Part shown: positions 18,835 through 28,874 of the stretch, in pieces
Numbering within the stretch: the first letter of the stretch is position 1
Layout of the letters: each line of letters begins with the position of its first letter
Source of the DNA: an uncultured Actinomycetes bacterium
GTDB taxonomy: Bacteria > Actinomycetota > Actinomycetes > S36-B12 > CAIYMF01
DNA length: 32,000 nucleotides
Direction: 5' to 3'
NCBI GenBank assembly: GCA_963843975.1
Contig: CAWJMG010000003.1
Coordinates: 1,530,001-1,562,000, forward strand
Program-made: the position numbers and the translations under genes
Notes under the pieces: generated by a model
Database searches by the model: none
Seen by the model: the letters and a program-made list of their open reading frames with translations, nothing else
Told to the model about the DNA's origin: nothing

Positions 18835-18843
18835 GAGGTCCCA

Positions 18844-19835
18844 GTGGCGGTCACCAGCCACGACGTGGCGCGGCTCGCGGGCGTGTCGCAGCCGACGGTG
18901 TCGCGGGCGCTCCGCGACAGCCGCGGCGTGTCCGCCCCCACCCGGCGCAAGGTGCGCGAGGCCGCACGCGCTCTGGGCTACGTCCCGATCCAGTCGGGGC
19001 GGGCGCTGTCCACGCAGTCCACCGGGCGGGTGGGCATCGTCAGCGCCGAGCTCACCAACCCCTTCTATCCCGCGATCATCGAGCCGCTGCACGACCGGCT
19101 GGCCGACGCTGGCTACCGCACGATCCTGATCACCGACCGGGGCGAGGCTCCCGTCGAGGTGGAGCCGCTGATCGACGGCTCCCTCGACGGCGTGATCGTG
19201 ACGACGAGCACGCTGTCGAGCAGCCTGCCCGAGGAGCTCCGTCGACGCGGCGTCCCCTGCGTCCTTGTCAACCGGGCCGTCGACACCGTCGGCGTGGACC
19301 GGTGCGTCAGCGACAACCTCGAGGGCGGCGCGATGGTTGCCGACTTCCTCCTGGACCTCGGGCACCGGCGCATCGCCGCCATCTTCGGGCCGGGCACCAC
19401 GAGCACCGGCCACGAGCGGGCGGTCTCGTTCCAGCAGCGTCTCGCCGATCGCGGTGCAGCCATGCCGCTTCCCTCGTCCGGGAGGTGGCCTACTCGGCGG
19501 AGAACGGCCGGACCGCTCTGCTCGAGCTGCTGGCGGAGCAGCCGAGCGCCGTCTTCTGTGGCAACGACGTGCTGGCGTTCGGAGCACTGAACGCCGCAGC
19601 AGCGTCGGGCATCGACGTTCCCCGAGACCTCACGGTCGTCGGATGGGACGACATTCCCATGGCCGCCTGGGAGGTCTTCGACCTCACGACCGTGCGCAGC
19701 GACCTCCACGACATGGCCGAACGGGCGGTCGACCTGCTGGTGCACCGGATGGAGAACCCGGACGCCCCCAGCCGGTCCGTCGTGGTCGCCCCCCGCCTGG
19801 TGCTGAGGGGAACGCACGCCCCGCAGCAGGTCTAA
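18844..19835 (+). pseudogene. LacI-family transcriptional regulator with a frame break at ~19465-19485
   Basis: N-terminal HTH (VTSHDVARLAGVSQPTVSRALR) and the first part of the sugar-binding domain are in frame 18844..19590. The rest (EVAYSAENGRTALLELLAEQPSAVFCGNDVLAFGALNAAAASGIDVPRDLTVVGWDDIP...) is in the 18831..19835 frame. Confidence 0.85.
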
Positions 19836-19854
19836 CGACGAGACGGCCGATGGG

Positions 19855-20724
19855 TCAGATGAGCGAGTCGGCGTCCGCGGCCTGCCCGTAGAGGTTCTCG
19901 ACGGCGTGCTTGTGGAAGTCGCGGAAAGAGTCGTCGAGGCGACCGAGAGGCTCCGGCGCCTTGGGCGTGCGCTCGAAGGCCGCGAGGTCGTGGCTCACGA
20001 GCATGGTCGCGTCGGTCGCCCTCGCCAGCGCCGTCAGCCGGTGCATCGACGCCACGGCCGCCGTCGCATCGCTGGTGATGCCACCCGGCGTGTCCAGCGC
20101 GATGTTGTCCTGGCAGTTGGACGCATCTCCAGTGATGATGACCGTCCCCGCCTCGGGGATGTCGTACAGGGCGATGGACTGGTGCCCCGGCGTGTGGCCG
20201 GGCGTCGAGATCAGGTGCATCCCGGGCAGGATGCACCAGTCGCCCTCGGCGAGCTGCCAGCGGAAGTTCGGGTGGTCGTAGTCGGTCCGGACGTACGGGA
20301 AGGTCGCGAACCGATCGGGGTAGGCGACCCAGCGGTACTCGGCCTTCTGCACTACGTGGAGTGCGTCCGGGAAGAAGCGGCCGCCTCCGGAGTGGTCGTG
20401 GTGCAGGTGCGTGTAGACGACCATCTTGATGTCGTCCGCGCCGAGCCCGAGCAGCTTCAGCTGCGCGTAGGGGTGGTTCTCGGGCGACATGATCGGCGTC
20501 GCCGCACGGGCCAGCGGCACCCCCCACACCCGGTCGGCGTCCTCGATGACATCCGGGTCGTTGCCCGTGTCGATGAGTACGTACCCGCGCGTGGTCTCGG
20601 CGAGGAACATCTGCACGGGGATCCGGATCCGCTTGCCCGGGTCGCGGCCGGACACCATGACGCTCGCGTCGAGCTCCAGCTGGCCGCCATCGAGGACGTA
20701 GAGCTTCTTGACCACGGTCTTCAT
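19855..20724 (-). CDS. MBL-fold hydrolase (N-acyl-homoserine-lactonase-like)
   Basis: HLHHDHSGG (HxHxDH), TPGHTPGH and VSHD motifs. ATG at 20724 with AGGAGG 7 nt upstream. Confidence 0.8.
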   Translation of the reverse strand: MKTVVKKLYVLDGGQLELDASVMVSGRDPGKRIRIPVQMFLAETTRGYVLIDTGNDPDVIEDADRVWGVPLARAATPIMSPENHPYAQLKLLGLGADDIKMVVYTHLHHDHSGGGRFFPDALHVVQKAEYRWVAYPDRFATFPYVRTDYDHPNFRWQLAEGDWCILPGMHLISTPGHTPGHQSIALYDIPEAGTVIITGDASNCQDNIALDTPGGITSDATAAVASMHRLTALARATDATMLVSHDLAAFERTPKAPEPLGRLDDSFRDFHKHAVENLYGQAADADSLI

Positions 20725-20857
20725 CGCGCTGCCTCCTGGCATAGGACGGGAGAGGGATCACGGAACGGACTCCTCGGGGCCACGGCGGTCCAAGACACGT
20801 GACACGTCGTCTCTTCATTTCCCACGGTCGTCGACCGTCGTGCGTCCGATCCGCTGG

Positions 20858-21889
20858 TCATCGGGCCCCCGGGGGCGGGCGCCGGTCGAGGGCCGACAGC
20901 CGGGACAGGTGCTCGAAGGACGGTCGGGCGGTGCCCGCCTCCAGCTCGTGGACGATCTCGACGATGGCGTCGTTCAACGGGGTCGCCACCCCGGAGCGAC
21001 GGCCCGCTGCGGCGACGCCGCCGTTGATCACCCCGACCTCGGTGGGCACGCCTCGTTCGACGTCCTGGAGCATCGAGGCCTTCGTGGCACCGATCCGGGA
21101 GACGAGCTCCTCGAGCACAGCCTCCGCGGCCACCGACGGCTCGCCGTCACGAACGGTCAGCGCGACGGGGTCCACCCCGGCGACCTCGTCGAGCTCGACC
21201 CCGAGCGCCGTCGCCACGTCGTACCCCTCCGTCCACACACCGAGGACGAGCCGGCGTCCGCGGCTGTCGGCCACGACGTCGCTGTAGACGCCGCCGACGA
21301 CGGTACCCAGGCCGGACAGGGAGCTGTTGAGCAGGAGCTTGGACCACACCTGGCCCGTGATGCGGTCCGTGGCGTGCGTAGGCGCGACGTTCTCGAGGAG
21401 AGATACGAGAGCCGTGAGCCGCGCGCCGAGGCGCCCAGAGGGGTCGCCGACCGAGAGCGGTGCCAGCGTGGTCTGCAGGACGTGTCCGGGCCCGACGAAC
21501 GTCGCCCCGAAGCTGCACGTGCCCACCAGCATCCGGTCGGGCCCGACGATGTCGGCGATGACGTCCTGCACGAGGCCGTTGCCGAGCGAGACGAACGTGT
21601 CGATGTCGCACGCGCGGCCAAGACCCTCAAGCACCTCGGGGAGCTTCGGGGCCTTGAGCGTGATCAGGGCGAAGTCGAAGGTCCCCGTGAGCTCCGCCAT
21701 GTCGCCGACGGCCTCGAGCCGGGTCGACAACTCCGTCCCGTCCGGCAGGCCGACGACGAGCCCGACGTCGCGGCAGGCCCGGACGTGGTCGAGGTTGTTG
21801 TCCAGTGCCACGACGTCCACGCCCGCGAGCGCCAGCCTGGCGGCGAAGACGCTGCCCAGCGCCCCCGCACCGACCACCAGGGCCCTCAT
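20858..21889 (-). CDS. Ketopantoate reductase (ApbA/PanE) family oxidoreductase
   Basis: N-terminal Rossmann motif MRALVVGAGALGS, KLLLNSSLSGL, and C-terminal SMLQDVERGVPTEV typical of the family. Confidence 0.8.
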   Translation of the reverse strand: MRALVVGAGALGSVFAARLALAGVDVVALDNNLDHVRACRDVGLVVGLPDGTELSTRLEAVGDMAELTGTFDFALITLKAPKLPEVLEGLGRACDIDTFVSLGNGLVQDVIADIVGPDRMLVGTCSFGATFVGPGHVLQTTLAPLSVGDPSGRLGARLTALVSLLENVAPTHATDRITGQVWSKLLLNSSLSGLGTVVGGVYSDVVADSRGRRLVLGVWTEGYDVATALGVELDEVAGVDPVALTVRDGEPSVAAEAVLEELVSRIGATKASMLQDVERGVPTEVGVINGGVAAAGRRSGVATPLNDAIVEIVHELEAGTARPSFEHLSRLSALDRRPPPGAR

Positions 21890-21937
21890 GGGCGCGCCTC
21901 GTCCGTGACCCCTTGCCGTGCCTGCCTACGAGCCATG

Positions 21938-22795
21938 TCAGATGCGCTCGACGCGGTCGACGAGCTCGACGTGCCGAGCCAGCCACTCGCTGAAGCCGCC
22001 GACGTAGAGCCGACCGAGCGGTAGCCCCGCGTGGGCGAGACCCACCAGGTTCTGGGCTGCGGTGACGCCGGATCCGCAGTAGTAGACGGCATCGGCCGGG
22101 TCGACCCCGTGAAGGGCCTCGACGTAGAGGGCTCGCAGCGACTCGGGGTCGCGCCAGCGTCCGTCAACCGAGTTGATCGTGCGCGGACACAGGGCGGAGC
22201 CGGTGACGCGGCCAAGGACGGGGTCGTGCGACGGCACGCCGTCGCCGGCTGCGCGCGCGTCGAAGTGTCGATGGTCACCGGCCGCGACCTGGCCCTCGAG
22301 CTGGGGCAGCGTGCACACCAGGTCGTCGTCGAAGTGCGCCTCGATGTAGCTGGGCTCGACGACTGGCTCGGGGCCGTCCTCGAGGTCCAGCCCCGCCGCG
22401 CGCCACGCGCCGAAGCCACCGTCGAGCAGCGCAGCACCGTCGAAGCCGGCCCAACGCAGCATGAACCAGAGCCGCGAGGCGGCCATGATCCCGTTCATGT
22501 CGTCGTAGATCACGACGGCGGAGTCGGGGTGGATCCCCCACTGCCTGATCTGCTGTTCGAAGGCGGCCTTGTCGGGCAGCGGTCGGCGCCCGGTGAGGCC
22601 GGGGACGATCTCGCCCGACATGTGCCGGCCGAGGTCTGCCTGCCGCGCGCCCGGGACGCGGCCCACGCCGAAGTTCACCGCGGCCTGCGACTCGTCGTCG
22701 ATGTCGAAGCGCGCGTCGAGGACGACGAGTCGATCGTCACCGAGCATCGACTGCAGCTCGGTTGCGTCGAGGATCACCTTGCCGTTGACGCTCAC
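21938..22795 (-). CDS. Tandem-rhodanese sulfurtransferase (3-mercaptopyruvate/thiosulfate type)
   Basis: Two rhodanese domains with the active-site loop YCGSGVTAA. The GTG start lies 1 nt after the stop of the upstream dehydrogenase gene. Confidence 0.85.
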   Translation of the reverse strand: MSVNGKVILDATELQSMLGDDRLVVLDARFDIDDESQAAVNFGVGRVPGARQADLGRHMSGEIVPGLTGRRPLPDKAAFEQQIRQWGIHPDSAVVIYDDMNGIMAASRLWFMLRWAGFDGAALLDGGFGAWRAAGLDLEDGPEPVVEPSYIEAHFDDDLVCTLPQLEGQVAAGDHRHFDARAAGDGVPSHDPVLGRVTGSALCPRTINSVDGRWRDPESLRALYVEALHGVDPADAVYYCGSGVTAAQNLVGLAHAGLPLGRLYVGGFSEWLARHVELVDRVERI

Positions 22796-22796
22796 G

Positions 22797-23803
22797 TCAC
22801 TCCTCTCCGTCCGCGTCGCGGTCGGTCACTCTGGCGGGGTCGCCGTCGAACGCGCTCTTGACGGCGTCGAGCTCGGCATAGGCCCGGTTGCGACGCGCGA
22901 CCAGTTCGCCCGCATCGACGTCGCCCGAGATGGTCAGACCGCTGCCGGACTTGATGCCCATCCGGCCCTGGCCCACCATGTCGAGAAGAAGCTGCGGCGG
23001 CGCGAACCGCTCGCCGTACGCCTTCTGCAGGCTCTGGAAGGCGCCGACGTAGATGTCGAGCCCGGCCATGTCGGCACCGCGGAAGGGCCCCACGAAGGGG
23101 AGCCGGTAGCCGAAAGATGTCGTGACCACGGCGTCGATGGTCTCGGGCTCGGCAAGGCCCTCCTCGACGATGCGGGCGGCTTCGCGGAAGAGCGCGAACT
23201 GCAGTCGGTTGGCGATGAAGCCTGCGCTGTCCGGCACGACGATCGCCTGCTTGCCCGTCGCCTTGATCAGCCGCTCGACGGCAGCCATGGTGCTGGCCGA
23301 CGTCGCTGCTCCGGCGATGATCTCGACGCACGGGACGAGTGGCGCGGGGTTCATCCAGTGAGCACCTGCGAACCGTTCGGGATGGCGGACGAACGCCTGG
23401 AAGCTCGGTGATCGGGATGGCCGAGGTGTTGCTCGCGATGAGCGTGTCCGGCGCTGCCGCGGCGCTGAGCCGCTCAAGGACGGACTTCTTGATCGCGAGG
23501 ACCTCGGGCACCACCTCGGCCACATAGGCGGCACCATCGACCGCCTGTTCCATCGTCGAGGCGGCGGTGATGCGCTCGACGACGGTCTGCGAGCTTGCCT
23601 TCCGGGAAGTGGCCGGCGTCCTCGAGCTCGCGGGCCTCGCGGCGGGCACGGGCCACGGCGTTGTGAGAGTCCTCCGCTGAGGCGTCGCAGACCTTCACGG
23701 GTGACCCGCTGAGTGCGAACACCAGGGCCATCCCCACACCCATGTACCCGCCACCGACCACCGCAATCGGGAGGCCGTCCGGTTCGGGGTTCAGGCGGAT
23801 CAC
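22797..23803 (-). pseudogene. 3-hydroxyacyl-CoA dehydrogenase family protein, split over three frames by two 1-nt insertions
   Basis: Frame 1: PIAVVGGGYMGVGMALVFA...ELEDAGHFPE. Frame 2: SSQTVVERITAASTMEQAV...LIASNTSAIPITEL. Frame 3: QAFVRHPERFAGAHWMNPAPLVPCVEII...GFIANRLQ...GPFRGADMAGLD. Joined, they are colinear with the HADH family. GTG start proposed at 23803. Confidence 0.82.
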
Positions 23804-24159
23804 GTGGCCTCCGGGACGCTGCGCAACGGGTTGATGCGGACTCGTCCGCGGAGCTCCCACAGCGGGCGCCTCGGCGACGACCGTGCAAGCGATCCACGGA
23901 CGAGTCCTTGACTCTGGCCACCTGCGACGCCGAAGCCGCGCCCACGCTCGGTGCCGCACGGGGGCCAGGCCACCCCCTCATCGTCGGTGGCAGGCCCTGC
24001 CCTCACCATGTGCAGGGCCATGGATCACAGGGGGGTAGTGCTGTGCATCCCCACAACAGGGGGCGACCGTCTCCCGGTTCACGCGGCACACGTTGGCGCG
24101 CTTGACGTGCAGAGGCATTCGGGTCAGGGTCTGACGCCTACCACCGACCGAGGAGTGCC

Positions 24160-24972
24160 ATGCCGACGCAGGGATCGCAGGAGACCAGGTCGCCGCTCGC
24201 CCCGCGCGGCCCGCTCTCGTTGGCCGGGCGGACGGTGGTGGTTACAGGAGCTGGTAATGGTCTTGGTCGAGCCATCGCCGTTCACATGTCTCGCGAGGGA
24301 GCACGCGTCGTGCTTGCCGGCCGCGACGTTGCGAGGCTCGAGTCCGTGGCGCTCGAGCTGCCCGGTCCGGGAAGGGTGGAGTCGGTAGACATTTCTCGTC
24401 CTGCCTCGGTCGGGGAGTTCGCAGCACGGTTGAGGGACGAGGACGTCTCCGTGCTCGTCAACAACTCGGGGATCGCCGGACCGGTGAAGCCGCTCTGGGA
24501 GGTCTCACCGGACGAGTGGGACGACGTCTTCGCCGTCAACGTCCGCGGCACCTACCTGATGTGCAGGGCCCTGCTGCCCGCCATGATCGAGAAGGAGGAC
24601 GGCGACATCATCAATGTCGCGTCGGTGAGCGGGAAGCGCCCGCTCGCCCGACGGACTCCTTACACCGCATCGAAGATGGCCGTGATCGGACTGACCGTCA
24701 CTCTGGCCCACGAGGTCGGCGAGATGGGGATCCGGGTGAACACGTTGTCGCCCGGCCCTGTTGCCGGCCCTCGGATGGCCCGCAACTTCGCGCGCGAAGC
24801 CCAGCGGACCGGCACCACAGCGGACGCAGCTGAGCGTGACTTCGTCTCGCGGTCGGCCATGAGCCGGATGGTCACGGAGGACGAGGTAGGCGCCGCGGCG
24901 GTTGCCATGCTCTCCATGAAGGGGCTCACCGGGGCCGACATCGACCTGTCCGCCGGGATGGTCGCCCGCTAG
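24160..24972 (+). CDS. SDR-family oxidoreductase
   Basis: TGAGNGLGRA, NNSG and YTASK motifs. RBS GAGGAG upstream of the ATG. Confidence 0.88.
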   Translation: MPTQGSQETRSPLAPRGPLSLAGRTVVVTGAGNGLGRAIAVHMSREGARVVLAGRDVARLESVALELPGPGRVESVDISRPASVGEFAARLRDEDVSVLVNNSGIAGPVKPLWEVSPDEWDDVFAVNVRGTYLMCRALLPAMIEKEDGDIINVASVSGKRPLARRTPYTASKMAVIGLTVTLAHEVGEMGIRVNTLSPGPVAGPRMARNFAREAQRTGTTADAAERDFVSRSAMSRMVTEDEVGAAAVAMLSMKGLTGADIDLSAGMVAR

Positions 24973-25003
24973 CCACTTGCAGCGCCGGCGCGACGCCGTC
25001 CGC

Positions 25004-25037
25004 CGCGGTCCGCAGGAAAACGAGTGCGTGGACCGCG
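25004..25037. terminator. Weak stem-loop between the convergent SDR and ettA genes
   Basis: CGCGGTCC (25004-25011) / GGACCGCG (25030-25037), 8-bp stem, 18-nt loop, no U-tract. Confidence 0.3.
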
Positions 25038-25080
25038 AGCGGAACGGTGTCCAGCGCAACCCCGGTGGTGAGGTCCGCGG

Positions 25081-26778
<1,698 letters not shown>

Positions 26779-26868
26779 GGGCCGACAGCCTACGGGAGCC
26801 CGACCCGCCCCCGAGCCAGCCTCCCCTGCGCACGGGAGCCCGGACCCGCTCGCGTACGGGCTGACCGA

Positions 26869-27306
26869 TCAGGCGGCGACGCCGCTGTGCTCGACCACCA
26901 CCGTGTCGTCGTCCGCCTCATGCGTCGAGGCCGCGACCTCGGAGGTCTGCGGGCCCTTCGTGGCGCGCTGGAACCTGCTGCTGCCGAAGGTGAGGTCGTG
27001 GCCCACGGCGTCGGCGTCCACCTCGACCACCTTGTGGGTCTGGCCGTCCTTCTCGTACTCGCGCTGTCGCAGCCTGCCGACCACGATCACCGGCTGCCCG
27101 AGGGCGAGGGAGTCCGCGACGTGCTCGCCGAGCTGGCGCCAGGCCGAGACCTGCAGGTAGACCGTGCGGCTGCGCCACTGCCCGGTCTTCTTGTCGAGCC
27201 AGTCCTCGTTGACCGCCATCCGGAAGTTGGCGACGGAGCCACCCGCGGTCGAGCGGAGGGTGGGGTTGTTCGTCAGGTTGCCGGACAGGGTGACGGTGGA
27301 GCGCAC
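26869..27306 (-). CDS. ssb: Single-stranded DNA-binding protein paralog (OB fold), lacking a canonical acidic C-terminal tip
   Basis: VTLSGNLTNNPTLRSTAGGSVANFRMAVNE...YLQVSAWRQLGEHVADSLALGQPVIVVGRLRQREYE is SSB-like. GTG at 27306 with GGAGG 5 nt upstream. The longer ORF-track form back to 27462 is Arg-rich. Confidence 0.8.
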   Translation of the reverse strand: MRSTVTLSGNLTNNPTLRSTAGGSVANFRMAVNEDWLDKKTGQWRSRTVYLQVSAWRQLGEHVADSLALGQPVIVVGRLRQREYEKDGQTHKVVEVDADAVGHDLTFGSSRFQRATKGPQTSEVAASTHEADDDTVVVEHSGVAA

Positions 27307-27488
27307 GATGACCTCCGGTGCCGGGGCCGCCCGTCGCGACCCGCTCAGGCCCGAGCCTCCGGACCGCTCGCGACGACTCTGCCCCGCGGGGCCACGGCAC
27401 CTGGGGACGACGCGGCGTACGGCGAGGCTGGGGACAGCGGGCCACCCGCCGCCGCACGGCACAATGGGCGCCGACCCGCGAGGGTCAG

Positions 27489-27561
27489 GCGCCCGTAGCT
27501 CAACGGATAGAGCCGCCGGTTTCTACCCGGCTGGTTGGGGGTTCGAGTCCCTCCGGGCGCG
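27489..27561 (+). tRNA. tRNA-Arg (anticodon TCT)
   Basis: Hand-folded cloverleaf. Acceptor GCGCCCG/CGGGCGC; D arm GCTC-AACGGATA-GAGC; anticodon arm GCCGG-TTTCTAC-CCGGC; variable loop TGGTT; T arm GGGGG-TTCGAGT-CCCTC; discriminator G. CCA is not encoded. Confidence 0.9.
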
Positions 27562-27710
27562 CCTCTTCCGCACGCGCGTGAACTGCTGCGGATCCGGGTA
27601 GTACCCGCGGTGCTGCCCGCGCGGCGATCCGCGCCAGGTCCGCCGTCGCGCGCTCCGGCGGTAGCACGCGGCTGGCAGGCTCAGGCGGACGACGACGGAG
27701 GGGGGCTCGG

Positions 27711-28874
27711 ATGACCGCGAACGTCACGGGTCAGGCGACGCCGCGCGTGGTGATCGTCGACGTCGACGCCTGGGACGCGTTCCGCGAGCTCGCCGCGGCC
27801 CTGCGCCAGAACGGCGTGGACGTCGTCCATCTCCGTCCCGCCTACCGCGGGCGCCTCCGAGCGGTGAAGCGCGCGGTCGACACCGTCGGCGGACCGGTCC
27901 TCCCCCTCGACCGCCCCATCACCGACGACGACCCCGAGAGCGCGGCGCTGCGACGTCGGATCCTGGCGGCGCCGACTGTCGACGTCCACGCGCCCGAGCC
28001 GGTCCTCGACGCGCTCGCACGGACGCCCGAGTGGCTCGCGAACCCCGCACTGCGCAAGGTCCGGGACGAGGTCCCGCTGCACCACGTCCTCGACAAGTGG
28101 GACGTCGCCCAGATCGCCCGTGCTGCCGGCGTGGCCCTCCCGGCAGCGAGCCTCGAGCTCGCGGCCGACCGCTTCCCCGTCGTGGTGAAGGGCCGGCTCG
28201 GGGCGGGAGGCACCCACGTGCGGATCGCACGGACCCAGACCGACGTGGACAGCGCGGCGGAGAGCTTCCGCCGGGACGGCGTGGAGCCCTATCTCGAGAG
28301 GTTCCACCCGCACCGCCTCGGCGTCGCCACCGCCGGCGTGGCCGACCGCGGCACGATGCTCACCTGCGGCACCTTCGAGCGCAGGGTCAGTCCCGAGCAG
28401 CCCCTGGCGGCCGCAGTCGAGATCCGTGCGTACGACGACGATGCCGCCGTCGCGGCGACCGAGCGGCTCATCGCGGCGATCGGCTACACCGGGATGTTCT
28501 GCCTCAACTTCGTGCCGGACGACGACGGAACGCACCTGCTGATCGACGTCAACCTCCGGGCGTTCGGCGCCTGGGTCACGCTGGACGAGCTCGGCGTGCC
28601 GCTGCTCGCGGCCTACCTGGAGCTCATCGGCGCCGGCCCGGCCGCACCGCCGTTGTCCCTCGACGGCAGCCGCTGGAGAGGCGTGGTGCGCGTCGGGGTC
28701 GACGCCCACGGATCACTGCGCGACGTCGCCCGCATCACCCGCAAGGACGGCGCCCTCGTGTGGCGGCGACGTCGGTCGCTCGGGTGGGGCTGGACGGCGG
28801 CGACCGGTCTGCGCGTGCTCCAGGCCGGGACGGCCGGTGCCATCGAGCGGCGCGGCCCGACACGGGCCCCCTGA
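27711..28874 (+). CDS. ATP-grasp domain protein, paralog 1 (387 aa), substrate unknown
   Basis: A pre-ATP-grasp N-domain is followed by FPVVVKGRLGAGGTHVRIA (ATP-binding Lys/Gly loop) and FCLNFVPDDDGTHLLIDVNLRAFG (Mg/phosphate-binding N-x-R). RBS GGAGGGGGG upstream of the ATG. Confidence 0.75.
   Translation: MTANVTGQATPRVVIVDVDAWDAFRELAAALRQNGVDVVHLRPAYRGRLRAVKRAVDTVGGPVLPLDRPITDDDPESAALRRRILAAPTVDVHAPEPVLDALARTPEWLANPALRKVRDEVPLHHVLDKWDVAQIARAAGVALPAASLELAADRFPVVVKGRLGAGGTHVRIARTQTDVDSAAESFRRDGVEPYLERFHPHRLGVATAGVADRGTMLTCGTFERRVSPEQPLAAAVEIRAYDDDAAVAATERLIAAIGYTGMFCLNFVPDDDGTHLLIDVNLRAFGAWVTLDELGVPLLAAYLELIGAGPAAPPLSLDGSRWRGVVRVGVDAHGSLRDVARITRKDGALVWRRRRSLGWGWTAATGLRVLQAGTAGAIERRGPTRAP

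Noticed and set aside
23800-24021. 73-aa minus-strand ORF (and overlapping plus-strand ORFs) in the 356-bp intergenic region
   Set aside because: There is no RBS and no recognisable fold or motif, and the composition matches the other shadow ORFs. The region is better treated as non-coding and regulatory.
12529-24972. Further shadow ORFs in the central region (12529..13551 +, 14388..15497 +, 15645..16544 +, 16229..17674 +, 17907..18812 -, 18790..19587 -, 19832..20818 -, 20708..22024 +, 22031..22861 +, 24505..25059 -)
   Set aside because: Same reasoning: they are antisense to or frame-shifted from motif-bearing genes, and have no motifs of their own.
27500-27727. 75-aa minus-strand ORF
   Set aside because: It overlaps the tRNA-Arg gene and the ATP-grasp start region, and is Arg/Ala/Pro-rich. 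A spurious ORF.
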